Source: Antedon mediterranea
Taxonomy: Eukaryota > Animalia > Echinodermata
Assembly (NCBI RefSeq): GCF_964355755.1
Contig: NC_092680.1
Span: 19,725,045 to 19,789,044 of the forward strand
Direction: 5' to 3'
Length of the DNA stretch: 64,000 bases
Translations under genes and position numbers: made by a program
Shown here: positions 1 to 9,391 of the stretch, piece after piece
How the letters are laid out: the number at the start of each line of letters is the position of its first letter
Numbering within the stretch: position 1 is the stretch's first letter
The notes under the pieces: generated by a model
Database searches by the model: none
What the model saw: only the letters and a program-made list of their open reading frames with translations
Told to the model about the DNA's origin: nothing

Positions 1-1683
1 TGTTTCAGCTTTCTCGGACTCCAGGGATACCCCTATTGCCGAGCATTTAGATCTGCCTGAACTCAACGTCGATGTCCTCAATAACATCAGTATTTATCAA
101 GATAATGTCGAATACCTCCTAAGGTCAGTCAGTGTGGATAAGGCAGTTGGCAATGATCCTATCAGTAATCATACTCTTAAACTTTGCTCTTCTACCTTAT
201 CTTTACCCATTACCAATATTTTTAAACATTCAATTTCATCTGGCACTTTCCCTGACCAGTGGAAGACTGCAAACGTTGTCCCCATACATAAAAATGGTTC
301 AAAAGCTAAAGTCCAAAATTATAGACCCATCTCCCTCCTTCCCACTATCTCCAAAATTCTTGAAAGGGTTATCAACACTCAACTTTTATGTCATGTTTCG
401 CCCATTATTTCCCAAGATCAACATGGCTTCATGCCCGGTAGATCTTGTGAAACAAACCTTGCTACTCTTCTGTCTACCGTGTATGAAGCCATCGAAACTA
501 AAAAGCAATGTGACATAATCTACACCGACTTTAGTAAAGCTTTTGATAAATTGTCCCACAACCTATTATTATTAAAACTTCATCAGTTTGGCATCAATGG
601 TACTTTATTTTCATGGTTTAAAAGTTATCTTGGCGGTAGGATGCAGAGAGTTGTAATTGATGGTGCCACTTCCAATTCTCTCCCAGTCATCTCAGGCGTG
701 CCTCAAGGTTCCATTCTTGCCCCCCTGCTGTTCAATATATTTGTTAATGAAATACCAAATCTCTTTCAAAATTCCAACTGTCTTATGTTCGCTGACGACC
801 TCAAGATTTACAAAATTATTACCACTACTGAGGACTCCGTTGCACTTCAGGCAGATCTGGAAAGACTCGGTACGTGGGTTTCCGACTGGAAAATGTCCCT
901 GAAGTCCGAGAAATGCAAAGTCCTGTCTTGCTCTCTTAAGAAAAAACCTATTATTTTCGCTTACTCAGTTCAAGAAGAAGTCCTTGAAAGTGTAAACTCT
1001 TACCGGGACCTCGGCATTTTCATCGACCGTAAACTGACATTTATTTCACACGTTGATCATGTTGTCAGAAAGGCCAATAGGCTGCTTGGGCTGATGTGGC
1101 GCAATTGCAAACATTTTTCTCCATACACCAAACGTGCGCTTTATCTTTCCCTCGTCCAACCATCTTTTAATTTCTGTTCAATTATTTACAATTCACTCTC
1201 TGCTTCTCAAGCCTCCAGAATTGATCGGACCCATAACAAGTTCTTGCGCTTTGTCGGCCCAGCAGCCAACCTGCCTCCTATTGTTTCCCCGACATCTAGG
1301 AGAGCAAGACAGGACTTGCACTTCCTGTATAAATGTCTTACTTCTAAGTTTGATTGTGATCTTGTTTCGTTGTTTTATTTTAATGTTCCTGTTCGTAATC
1401 TTCGTAGTAAACCCTTTCTTCATGTTAAATTTTCTCGTGTCAATGTTTGTAAAAATGGTATTTTCTGTAGACTCTCGTCATTGTACAATTCTTGTATTTT
1501 AAAAAATAATTCTTTAGATATTTTTAACTGTAATTTTTCTCAATTTAAATGTATTATTAATGAAATTATTTAAATTTTCTTTTTCATTTGTATATATTTA
1601 TATTGGTTCATATTTTATAGTTTAGCTTTTATTTTCAACCTGTTATTGGTGTTTTACACTGTTGGTTTGATATAAAGAAATAA
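1..1683 (+). mobile_element. CR1-group LINE (3' portion plus ~110-bp 3'UTR ending in AATAAA), inserted into GPCR copy 1
   Basis: RT ORF is followed by a T-rich 3'UTR, a weak stem-loop (caacctgtt...ctgttggtttg) and aataaa at 1678-1683. From 1684 (gtaccagc...) the sequence aligns with the paralogous GPCR at ~3796. Confidence 0.85.
2..1573 (+). CDS. LINE ORF2 reverse transcriptase, C-terminal part (CR1-group non-LTR retrotransposon), 5'-truncated by the window edge
   Basis: Frame of ORF 134..1573 is open back to position 2. It carries non-LTR RT motifs NYRPISLL, QHGFMPGRSC, YTDFSKAFD, SGVPQGSILAPLLF, FADDLKIY and DLGIFID, with no stops or frameshifts. Confidence 0.93.
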   Translation, partial: VSAFSDSRDTPIAEHLDLPELNVDVLNNISIYQDNVEYLLRSVSVDKAVGNDPISNHTLKLCSSTLSLPITNIFKHSISSGTFPDQWKTANVVPIHKNGSKAKVQNYRPISLLPTISKILERVINTQLLCHVSPIISQDQHGFMPGRSCETNLATLLSTVYEAIETKKQCDIIYTDFSKAFDKLSHNLLLLKLHQFGINGTLFSWFKSYLGGRMQRVVIDGATSNSLPVISGVPQGSILAPLLFNIFVNEIPNLFQNSNCLMFADDLKIYKIITTTEDSVALQADLERLGTWVSDWKMSLKSEKCKVLSCSLKKKPIIFAYSVQEEVLESVNSYRDLGIFIDRKLTFISHVDHVVRKANRLLGLMWRNCKHFSPYTKRALYLSLVQPSFNFCSIIYNSLSASQASRIDRTHNKFLRFVGPAANLPPIVSPTSRRARQDLHFLYKCLTSKFDCDLVSLFYFNVPVRNLRSKPFLHVKFSRVNVCKNGIFCRLSSLYNSCILKNNSLDIFNCNFSQFKCIINEII

Positions 1684-2280
1684 AGTACCAGCGACAGATC
1701 TTCTAAATATCATCCATAATATACGTCCATAACAGTATGTCATAGTTGTGATGGGTAGGAACCAGCCAAGAAATGATCCAATCAGTAGAGAAAATGTGTC
1801 CTTTTCCCGACAGTTCTTAGGAATATTTTCAGTCTTAATAACATTGATAACAACCGCGATCAATCCTGGTAGGTATTGAATTATAAAGCATGCGTAGTAC
1901 AAGATATTTCTTCTTGATTTGTTTTGGTGATAGATGTAGGGATGCACAACAGCGATGTATCGCTCAATTGTTATCACAACCAGATTGTATGAAGATGTAA
2001 CTGATATATACCAGAATGTAAGTTTTAATATATAGAATGTTTTAGAACCATAATTAGGATTACAGGCAACATAAACAATGAATGTTATAGAACCTACCAG
2101 ATCAATGAAAGACTGATGAAGTAACAACTTGATTGAAAAAGACTTCTTAAAACTTCTGTTGTAAACAAACACAAAAATGACTAACAAGTTTGCTGCGATA
2201 CCAATACTACTTACAACAGCGCCGGTGAAAATAATAGATTTATCAAGTCCTATAAATAAGTTGGTATCAGAACGATTCAT
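1684..2280 (-). pseudogene. Class A (rhodopsin-like) GPCR copy 1, interrupted after TM5 by the LINE
   Basis: Paralogous to copies 2-4 up to ...FRRSVAGT. It then reads into antisense LINE 3'UTR (LFLYIKPTV*, stop at 1654). TM6, TM7 and NPxxY are absent from the window. Confidence 0.8.
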
Positions 2281-3518
2281 ACTTAGATGATACTAGAAAA
2301 TTTAAGTTTATCTTTTTTGTATTGAAAAGTATTCGGTTCAAATTTCCTTTCTTCTGATTTGATTGATTAATACTTTGCTGGTTCTAATAGTTCACTTCTC
2401 AAATAGTAAAAGAACATGATGCTTGTTGAAATCACTGTTACAGCACTGGTCTGTTGGTTGTAATTGTTTGACAAAAATATACAGCTTCTTGTCTATTTGT
2501 GCCTTGTATCAAATGTAATAAATAAATTATATTTCAATTTAATCTATTTTCATTAAATAATAAATAATTTAGTATATTAATTGAATACATTGTAATTATT
2601 TAATGTTACAAAGGTTATTTTAATACATAATATCTATATGGTGTGCAAATTATACAACTTTATGATGTTTCCATGGTTACAAAAATAGATCATTACCACT
2701 AGGTAGCCTGCATACGAGTATGAATTATAGCATTTATGAATAGAGTAGTACTTATTTTTAGGTCGTTTTTCAATTTAGTTTGTTCCTATTGCTCTTGATG
2801 CATTCAGGACATGTCAGGTTTGAGTTAGCTGCTGGCTTGAGGTTTAAATTTATTTTGGTTTTGAGAAATTTGTGATTGATTTCAGTTGCAATGTACCATA
2901 TATATTTCAGCTGTAATGTACCATATTTCATTCAACGAGCATTAAATTAAAGAAGATCTCATTTAAAATAATCAAACTCTGTTACTGGGGGATTTATAGA
3001 TTGTTTTATTTTGATTAAAATGCACATAGACCTATTTCATAAAGTGATTAATATCAACATTCAAACGACTTTAACATATTGTTAACATTTAATGACCTGT
3101 GACCTCTATAGTCTTTATCAATTTTACGCAAAGTTCAATAATTATTTTTCACTGAAAGTTGAAACGAACAAATAATTGATGTAACATAAAACTTGATGAA
3201 TTATGCGATTTATTATGATACAATAAAATAAAGGATAAACAAATATAGCAGAATATTAGGCCTACATTGAAAATTGGACATTTGTATCAAACAAATATAG
3301 TAGTAAATTGTCAGAGTATAATAAATGGGAAAAACATAACTTTAAAAGTGACAATATGTTACGTTACATGTTATGTAAAACTAGTAAGATCATAGTTATT
3401 ATACACCTAAGTATCAACAATTAGTGTTTTTCAATCTCAATAGTTGTTTATGTGAAACATGACATCTTTAATGTTATTGTTTTTGGTTGTTATCACTGGT
3501 TGGTTCCTCTTCTTCAAA

Positions 3519-4388
3519 TTAATTTGCAATACAGTGAATGATCTTCAAAAATCCTTGCTGAAATTCACTGAAAACCATGGCGTAAATAAATGGATTGATT
3601 GTTAAATTCAAACAAAGCAATATATTAAAAATGTTAAGAATAATAGGATCAATACAGGAACACAAGTGTTGAACAACACAATTTAAGTAGCCTGGTGTTA
3701 TTGTTACATAAAACACAGTGGTAACCATCAATAGAGTTGATAAAAGATTTGTATTTCGACCAGCTTTGTTTCTCTGCTGCTGTTGTAATGATGAAGTACC
3801 AGCTACAGACCTTCTAAATATTGTCCATAGAATACGTCCGTAACAGTATGTCATAGCTGTGATAGGTAGGAACCAGCCAATAAATGAAGCGATCAGTATA
3901 GAAATTATGTCGTTTTTATGACAGTTAATAATGCTTTCAGTCTTAATATAGACAACAATATGGATCAATCCTGGTAGGTATGGAATTATAAAGCATGCAT
4001 AGTACAAGATATTTCTTCTTGATTTGTTCTGGTGATAGATGTAGGGATGCACAACAGCAATGTATCGCTCAATTGTTATCACAACCAGATTGTATGAAGA
4101 TGTAATGATAATATACCAGCATATAATTTCTACTATAAAGGACGTTTCTGAACCATAATTAGGATTAAAAGCAGCAAAAACAATGAACACTATAGAACCT
4201 ACCAGATCAATGAAAGACTGATGAAGTAACAACTTGATTGAAAAAGACTTCTTAAAACTTCTGTTGTAAACAAACACAAAAATGACTAACAAGTTTGACA
4301 AGATACCAATACTCCTTAAAACAGCGCCAATGACAATAATAGATTTATCAAGTTCTATAAATGATGAATTGGTATCAGAACTATTCAT
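3519..4388 (-). CDS. Single-exon class A GPCR (289 aa), orphan, possible chemoreceptor, copy 2
   Basis: Seven hydrophobic segments, TM1 Asn (SNLLVI), ITIERYIAVVHP (E/DRY), FLP in TM5, NPFIY (NPxxY), helix 8 EFQQGF, N-terminal N-glycosylation sequon NSS. Confidence 0.9.
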   Translation of the reverse strand: MNSSDTNSSFIELDKSIIVIGAVLRSIGILSNLLVIFVFVYNRSFKKSFSIKLLLHQSFIDLVGSIVFIVFAAFNPNYGSETSFIVEIICWYIIITSSYNLVVITIERYIAVVHPYIYHQNKSRRNILYYACFIIPYLPGLIHIVVYIKTESIINCHKNDIISILIASFIGWFLPITAMTYCYGRILWTIFRRSVAGTSSLQQQQRNKAGRNTNLLSTLLMVTTVFYVTITPGYLNCVVQHLCSCIDPIILNIFNILLCLNLTINPFIYAMVFSEFQQGFLKIIHCIAN

Positions 4389-4681
4389 ACTTAGATGATA
4401 CTAGAAAATATAAGTTTATCCTTTTTGTATAGAAAGTTATTCGGTTCAAATTTCCTTTCTTCTGATTTGAATGATTAATACTTTGCTGGTTCTAATAGTT
4501 TACTTCTCAAATAGTAAAAGAACATGATACCTGTTGAAATCACTGTTACAGCACTGGTCTGATGTTTGTAATCGTTTACAACAATATACAGCTTCTAGTC
4601 TACTTATGCATTGTATCAAATGTAATAAATAAATTATATTTCAATTTAATCTATTTTCATGTTATAATAAATTATTTAGTA

Positions 4682-4954
4682 CTAGAAAGCAGGTCCAATG
4701 GACGGGCACCATGGTAAATTATGCATGTTCAACGATGATGGCGCTCTTTAACTGCATGCTTGATTGATTTTGCTAGCCGAGAAACAGCAGGGATTGTTCT
4801 AAAAAAACATAGTTTTTGTACAAATTTACCGTTCTAATTAAGACTAAAGGGGAATGAAAAGGTGCCTCAGCACGGTGCTAGAATTGGATGCGGTTTAGGA
4901 GGAGATAGATTTTGGCTTAGTGCTATTATAAATAGAAGATATAGAAATAGAAGA
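4682..4954 (-). mobile_element. Non-autonomous Helitron (273 bp)
   Basis: Minus strand begins TC and ends CTAG, with a subterminal GC hairpin (gcccgtcc-att-ggacctgc). It is inserted between A and T with no TSD; the paralogous empty site ttagta|tattaattgaatac is at ~2569-2588. Confidence 0.85.
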
Positions 4955-5436
4955 TATTAATTGAATACATTTTATTCATTATACAATAATGACCTATGAC
5001 CTCTATAGTCTCTATAAGTGTTACACAAAGGTCAATCATTATTTTTCACTAAAATAAAGTTGAAATGAACAAATACTTAAGTAACATAAAACTTGATGAA
5101 TTATGCGATTTATTATGATACAATAAAATAAATGGTAAACAAATATAGCAGAATATTAGGCCTATTGAAAATTAAACATTTGTATATTTCAAACTAACCT
5201 GCCCAAATATGTTAGTAAATTTTCAAAGTATAATAAATGGTAAAAACATAAATTTAAAAGTGACAATATGTTACGTTACATGTTATGTAAAACTAGTAAG
5301 ATCATAGTTATTATACACCTAAGTATCAACAATTAGTGTTTTTCAATTTCAATATTTGCTTATGTTATGTGAGACATCTTTATGCTTCAGATTATTGTTT
5401 TTGGTTGTTATCACCGGTTAGTTTCTTTCCTTCAAA

Positions 5437-6291
5437 TTAATTTGCAATACAGTGAATGATCTTCAAAAATCCTTGCTGAAATTCAGTGAAAGCCATGGCG
5501 TAAATAAATGGATTTATTGTTAAATTCAAAGCAAGTAACAGATCAAATGTTTCATGAATGATGGGATCAATACAGGAACAAAAATGATCAACAACCCAAC
5601 TTGAGTAACCTGGTGTTATTGTTATATAAAACACACATGTAACCAGCAGTAGAGTTGATAACAGATTTGCTTTTCGACTAGCATTGTTTTTCTGCTGTGG
5701 TTGTGATGAAGCACCAATTTCTGGTTTTCTAAATATTGTCCATAGAATACGTCCGTAACAATATGTCATAGATGTAGTAGGTAGGAACCAGCCAATAAAG
5801 GATCCAACCAGTAAAGAAAATGTGTTAACTTCATGACAGTTTTTAGGAACTTTTTCCATCATAATAATATCGATAATAACAGCAATCAATCCTGGTAGGT
5901 ATGGAATTATAAAGCATGCGTAGTACAAGATATTTCTTCTTGATTTGTTCTGGTGATAGATGTAGGGATGCACAACAGCGATGTATCGCTCAATTGTTAT
6001 CACAACCAGATTGTATGAAGATGTAACTAATATATACCAGAATATAATGTCTAATATAAAGGACGCTTCTGAACAATAATATGGATTACAGGCAACAAAA
6101 ACAATTAACGTTATAGAACCTAGCAGATCAATGACAGACTGATGAAGTAACAACTTGATTGAAAAAGACTTCTTAAAACTTCTGTTATAAACAAACACAA
6201 AAATGACTAACAAGTTTGCGGCGATACCAATACTACTTACAACAGCGCCGGTGACAATGATAGATTTATCAAGTGTATCAGAACTATTCAT
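5437..6291 (-). CDS. Single-exon class A GPCR (284 aa), copy 3
   Basis: Same 7TM architecture and ERY/NPFIY motifs; intact ORF. Confidence 0.9.
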   Translation of the reverse strand: MNSSDTLDKSIIVTGAVVSSIGIAANLLVIFVFVYNRSFKKSFSIKLLLHQSVIDLLGSITLIVFVACNPYYCSEASFILDIIFWYILVTSSYNLVVITIERYIAVVHPYIYHQNKSRRNILYYACFIIPYLPGLIAVIIDIIMMEKVPKNCHEVNTFSLLVGSFIGWFLPTTSMTYCYGRILWTIFRKPEIGASSQPQQKNNASRKANLLSTLLLVTCVFYITITPGYSSWVVDHFCSCIDPIIHETFDLLLALNLTINPFIYAMAFTEFQQGFLKIIHCIAN

Positions 6292-7569
6292 ACTTAGATG
6301 ATACTAGAAAATATAAGTTTATCCTTTTTGTATAGAAAGTTATTCGGTTCAAATTTCCTTTCTTCTGATTTGAATGATTAATACTTTGCTGGTTCTAATA
6401 GTTCACTTCTCAAATAGTAAAAGAACATGATACCTGTTGAAATCACTGTTACAGCACTGGTCTGATGTTTGTAATCGTTTACAACAATATACAGCTTCTA
6501 GTCTACTTATGCATTGTATCAAATGTAATAAATAAATTATATTTCAATTTAATCTATTTTCATTAAATGATAAATAATTTAGTATATTAAGTGAATAAAT
6601 TGTAATTATTTAATGTTACAAAGGTTATTTTAATACACAATATCTATATGGTGTGCAAATTATACAACTTTCTGATGTTTCCATGGTTACGAAAATAGAT
6701 CATTACCACTAGGTAGCCTGCATACGAGTATGAATTATAGCATTTATGAATAGGGTAGTACTTATTTTTAGGTCGTTTTTCAATTTAGTTTGTTCCTATT
6801 GCTCTTGATGCATTCAGGACATGTCAGGTTTGAGTTAGCTGCTGGCTTGAGGTTTAAATTTATTTTGGTTTTGAGAAATTTGTGATTGATTTCAGTTGCA
6901 ATGTACCATATATATTTCAGCTGTAATGTACCATATTTCATTCAACGAGCATTAAATTAAAGAAGATTATTTTTTTTGTCAAAAATCTTGATCTCATTTA
7001 AAATAATCAAACTCTGTTACTGGGGGATTTATAGATTGTTTTATTTTGATTAAAATGCACATAGACCTATTTCATAAAGTGATTAATATCAACATTCAAA
7101 CGACTTTAACATATTGTTAACATTTAATGACCTGTGACCTCTATAGTCTTTATCAATTTTACGCAAAGTTCAATAATTATTTTTCACTGAAAGTTGAAAC
7201 GAACAAATAATTGATGTAACATAAAACTTGATGAATTATGCGATTTATTATGATACAATAAAATAAATGATAAACAAATATAGCAGAATATTAGGCCTAC
7301 ATTGAAAATTGGACATTTGTATCAAACAAACCTGCCCAAATATGTTAGTAAATTGTCAGAGTATAATAAATGGTAAAAACATAATTTTAAAAGTCACAAT
7401 ATGTTACGTTACATGTTATGTAAAACTAGTAAGATCATAGTTATTATACACCTAAGTATCAACAATTAGTGTTTTTTAATTTCAATATTTGCTTATGTTA
7501 TGTGAGACATCTTTATGCTTCAGATTATTGTTTTTGGTTGTTATCACCGGTTAGTTTCTTTCCTTCAAA

Positions 7570-8430
7570 TTAATTTGCAATACAGTGAATGATCTTCAAA
7601 AATCCTTGCTGAAATTCACTGAAAGCCATGGCGTAAATAAATGGATTTATTGTTAAATTTAAAGCAAATAACAGATCAAATATTTCATGAATAATAAGAT
7701 CAATACAGGAACACACATGATCAATAACACAACTTATGTAGGCTGGTGTCATTGTTATATAAAACACAATTGTAACCAGCAATAGAGTTGATAAAAGATT
7801 TGTTTTTCTACCATCATTGTTTCTTTGCTGTGGTTGCGATGATGGATTACCAATTGTTGATCTTCTAAATAGCTTCCATATTATGCGTCCGTAACAGTAT
7901 GTCATAGTTGTGATAGGTAGGAACCAGCCAATAAATGATGCAATCAGTATAGAAATTGTGTCATTTTCACGACATTCAACAACGTCTTCATTCTTATTAT
8001 AGATAATAACAGGAATCAATCCTGGTAGGTATGGAATTATAAAGCATGCGTAGTACCAGATATTTCTTCTTGATTTGTTTTGGTGATAGATGTAGGGATG
8101 CACAACAGCAATGTATCGCTCAATTGTTATCACAACCAGATTGTATGAAGATGTAACTAATATATACCAGCATATAATGTCTAATATAAAGGACGTTTCT
8201 GAACCATAATATGGATAACATGTAGAAAAAACAATGAACACTATAGAACCTATCAGATCAATGACAGACTGATGAAGTAACAACTTGATTGAAAAAGACT
8301 TCTTAAAACTTCTGTTGTAAACAAACACAAAAATGACTAACAAGTTAGCAACGATACCAATACTACTTACAACAGCGCCGGTGACAATAATAGATTTATC
8401 AAGTCCTGCTGATGAGTTATCATTCTTCAT
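7570..8430 (-). CDS. Single-exon class A GPCR (286 aa), copy 4
   Basis: Same 7TM architecture and ERY/NPFIY motifs; intact ORF; N-terminus and upstream flank diverge from copies 1-3. Confidence 0.9.
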   Translation of the reverse strand: MKNDNSSAGLDKSIIVTGAVVSSIGIVANLLVIFVFVYNRSFKKSFSIKLLLHQSVIDLIGSIVFIVFSTCYPYYGSETSFILDIICWYILVTSSYNLVVITIERYIAVVHPYIYHQNKSRRNIWYYACFIIPYLPGLIPVIIYNKNEDVVECRENDTISILIASFIGWFLPITTMTYCYGRIIWKLFRRSTIGNPSSQPQQRNNDGRKTNLLSTLLLVTIVFYITMTPAYISCVIDHVCSCIDLIIHEIFDLLFALNLTINPFIYAMAFSEFQQGFLKIIHCIAN

Positions 8431-9164
8431 ATTTATACTCCAAATACTTGTTTCTACTTTTTTGTATCGTTTGTATTAACAACTTCAACCTGTATAACTG
8501 CAGATTATTAATACAGTAATATAGTATTGCTGACACGAATCGTTTAAAATCCAAAACTAAAACTGATTGAAGAACTTCAAAATTGGCCGCACTCTTTGCT
8601 TTATCAAAATATAACTGTCTTCTATTGCTGAATTGATTAACGAAAGCATCATATTAAAAATGTCGCTTGTTTATTTTAACATCACCTTTGCTGTACTGTA
8701 CAGCTGAGTATGCGATTGTAATTTAATGAATAAATTATATTTCATTTTAATCCATTATTTGATACTGAATTATTTAGTACATTAAATGTATAAAATTAAT
8801 GATCGATGTTATAAAATGTTATTGGTCAGGTGTTTGCCCTACTCTGACATGATTTTGTACTTTATACTAAGTACATTGAGAACATTTGCGAAAAAATTGG
8901 CAAGTAATTCTCGGGTCGGACCATGACCTCCAGATCACTAGACTGGCATTCATACCTCTGGACCACTGAGCTAGCACATGGCTAGGGGTTAGATTTGAGC
9001 CCAAGCAAGGGTACTGCACCAACAGGGTGGTAATTGTATGATAATATAATTATTATCATGAATGTTATACATGATTTGATTTTCATTTTATAACATTAAT
9101 TATGTTTATCCAAGAAACAGTACGTGAATGGCAATTGTACTTTTTGGAAGGAATGGCCTCTGTA

Positions 9165-9311
9165 AGCTCTGTCTACACTATCAAACTACTAGTTTGACAA
9201 AAAAGTATAATGTGTCTAAATACAGTATGGTAGTGATAAGACATCATTATGTCCATATATGGGCACATCACCCTTTTTTGTCGCACAAAGTTTGATAGTG
9301 TAGACAGAGCT
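9165..9311. mobile_element. Harbinger/PIF-type MITE, family A
   Basis: TIRs AGCTCTGTCTACACTATCAAAC / GTTTGATAGTGTAGACAGAGCT; six copies in the window. Confidence 0.8.
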
Positions 9312-9391
9312 TTTTGTAACTTGATTTGATTAATCATTTTCAATAAGAAGAAGATGTTAGATGATATGAATTCCTTCTTTTTTTTTTTCAG

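Larger units (their letters stand above)
1684..8410. repeat. Tandem segmental duplication carrying the GPCR array (gene plus flank units of ~2 kb; two-gene unit of ~4 kb)
   Basis: Intergenic 2281-3518 is near-identical to 6292-7569, 4389-4680 matches 6292-6580, and the 3' flanks of copies 3 and 4 are near-identical. Confidence 0.9.

Noticed and set aside
132-1502. Short ORFs overlapping the RT
   Set aside because: Alternative frames of the LINE ORF2.
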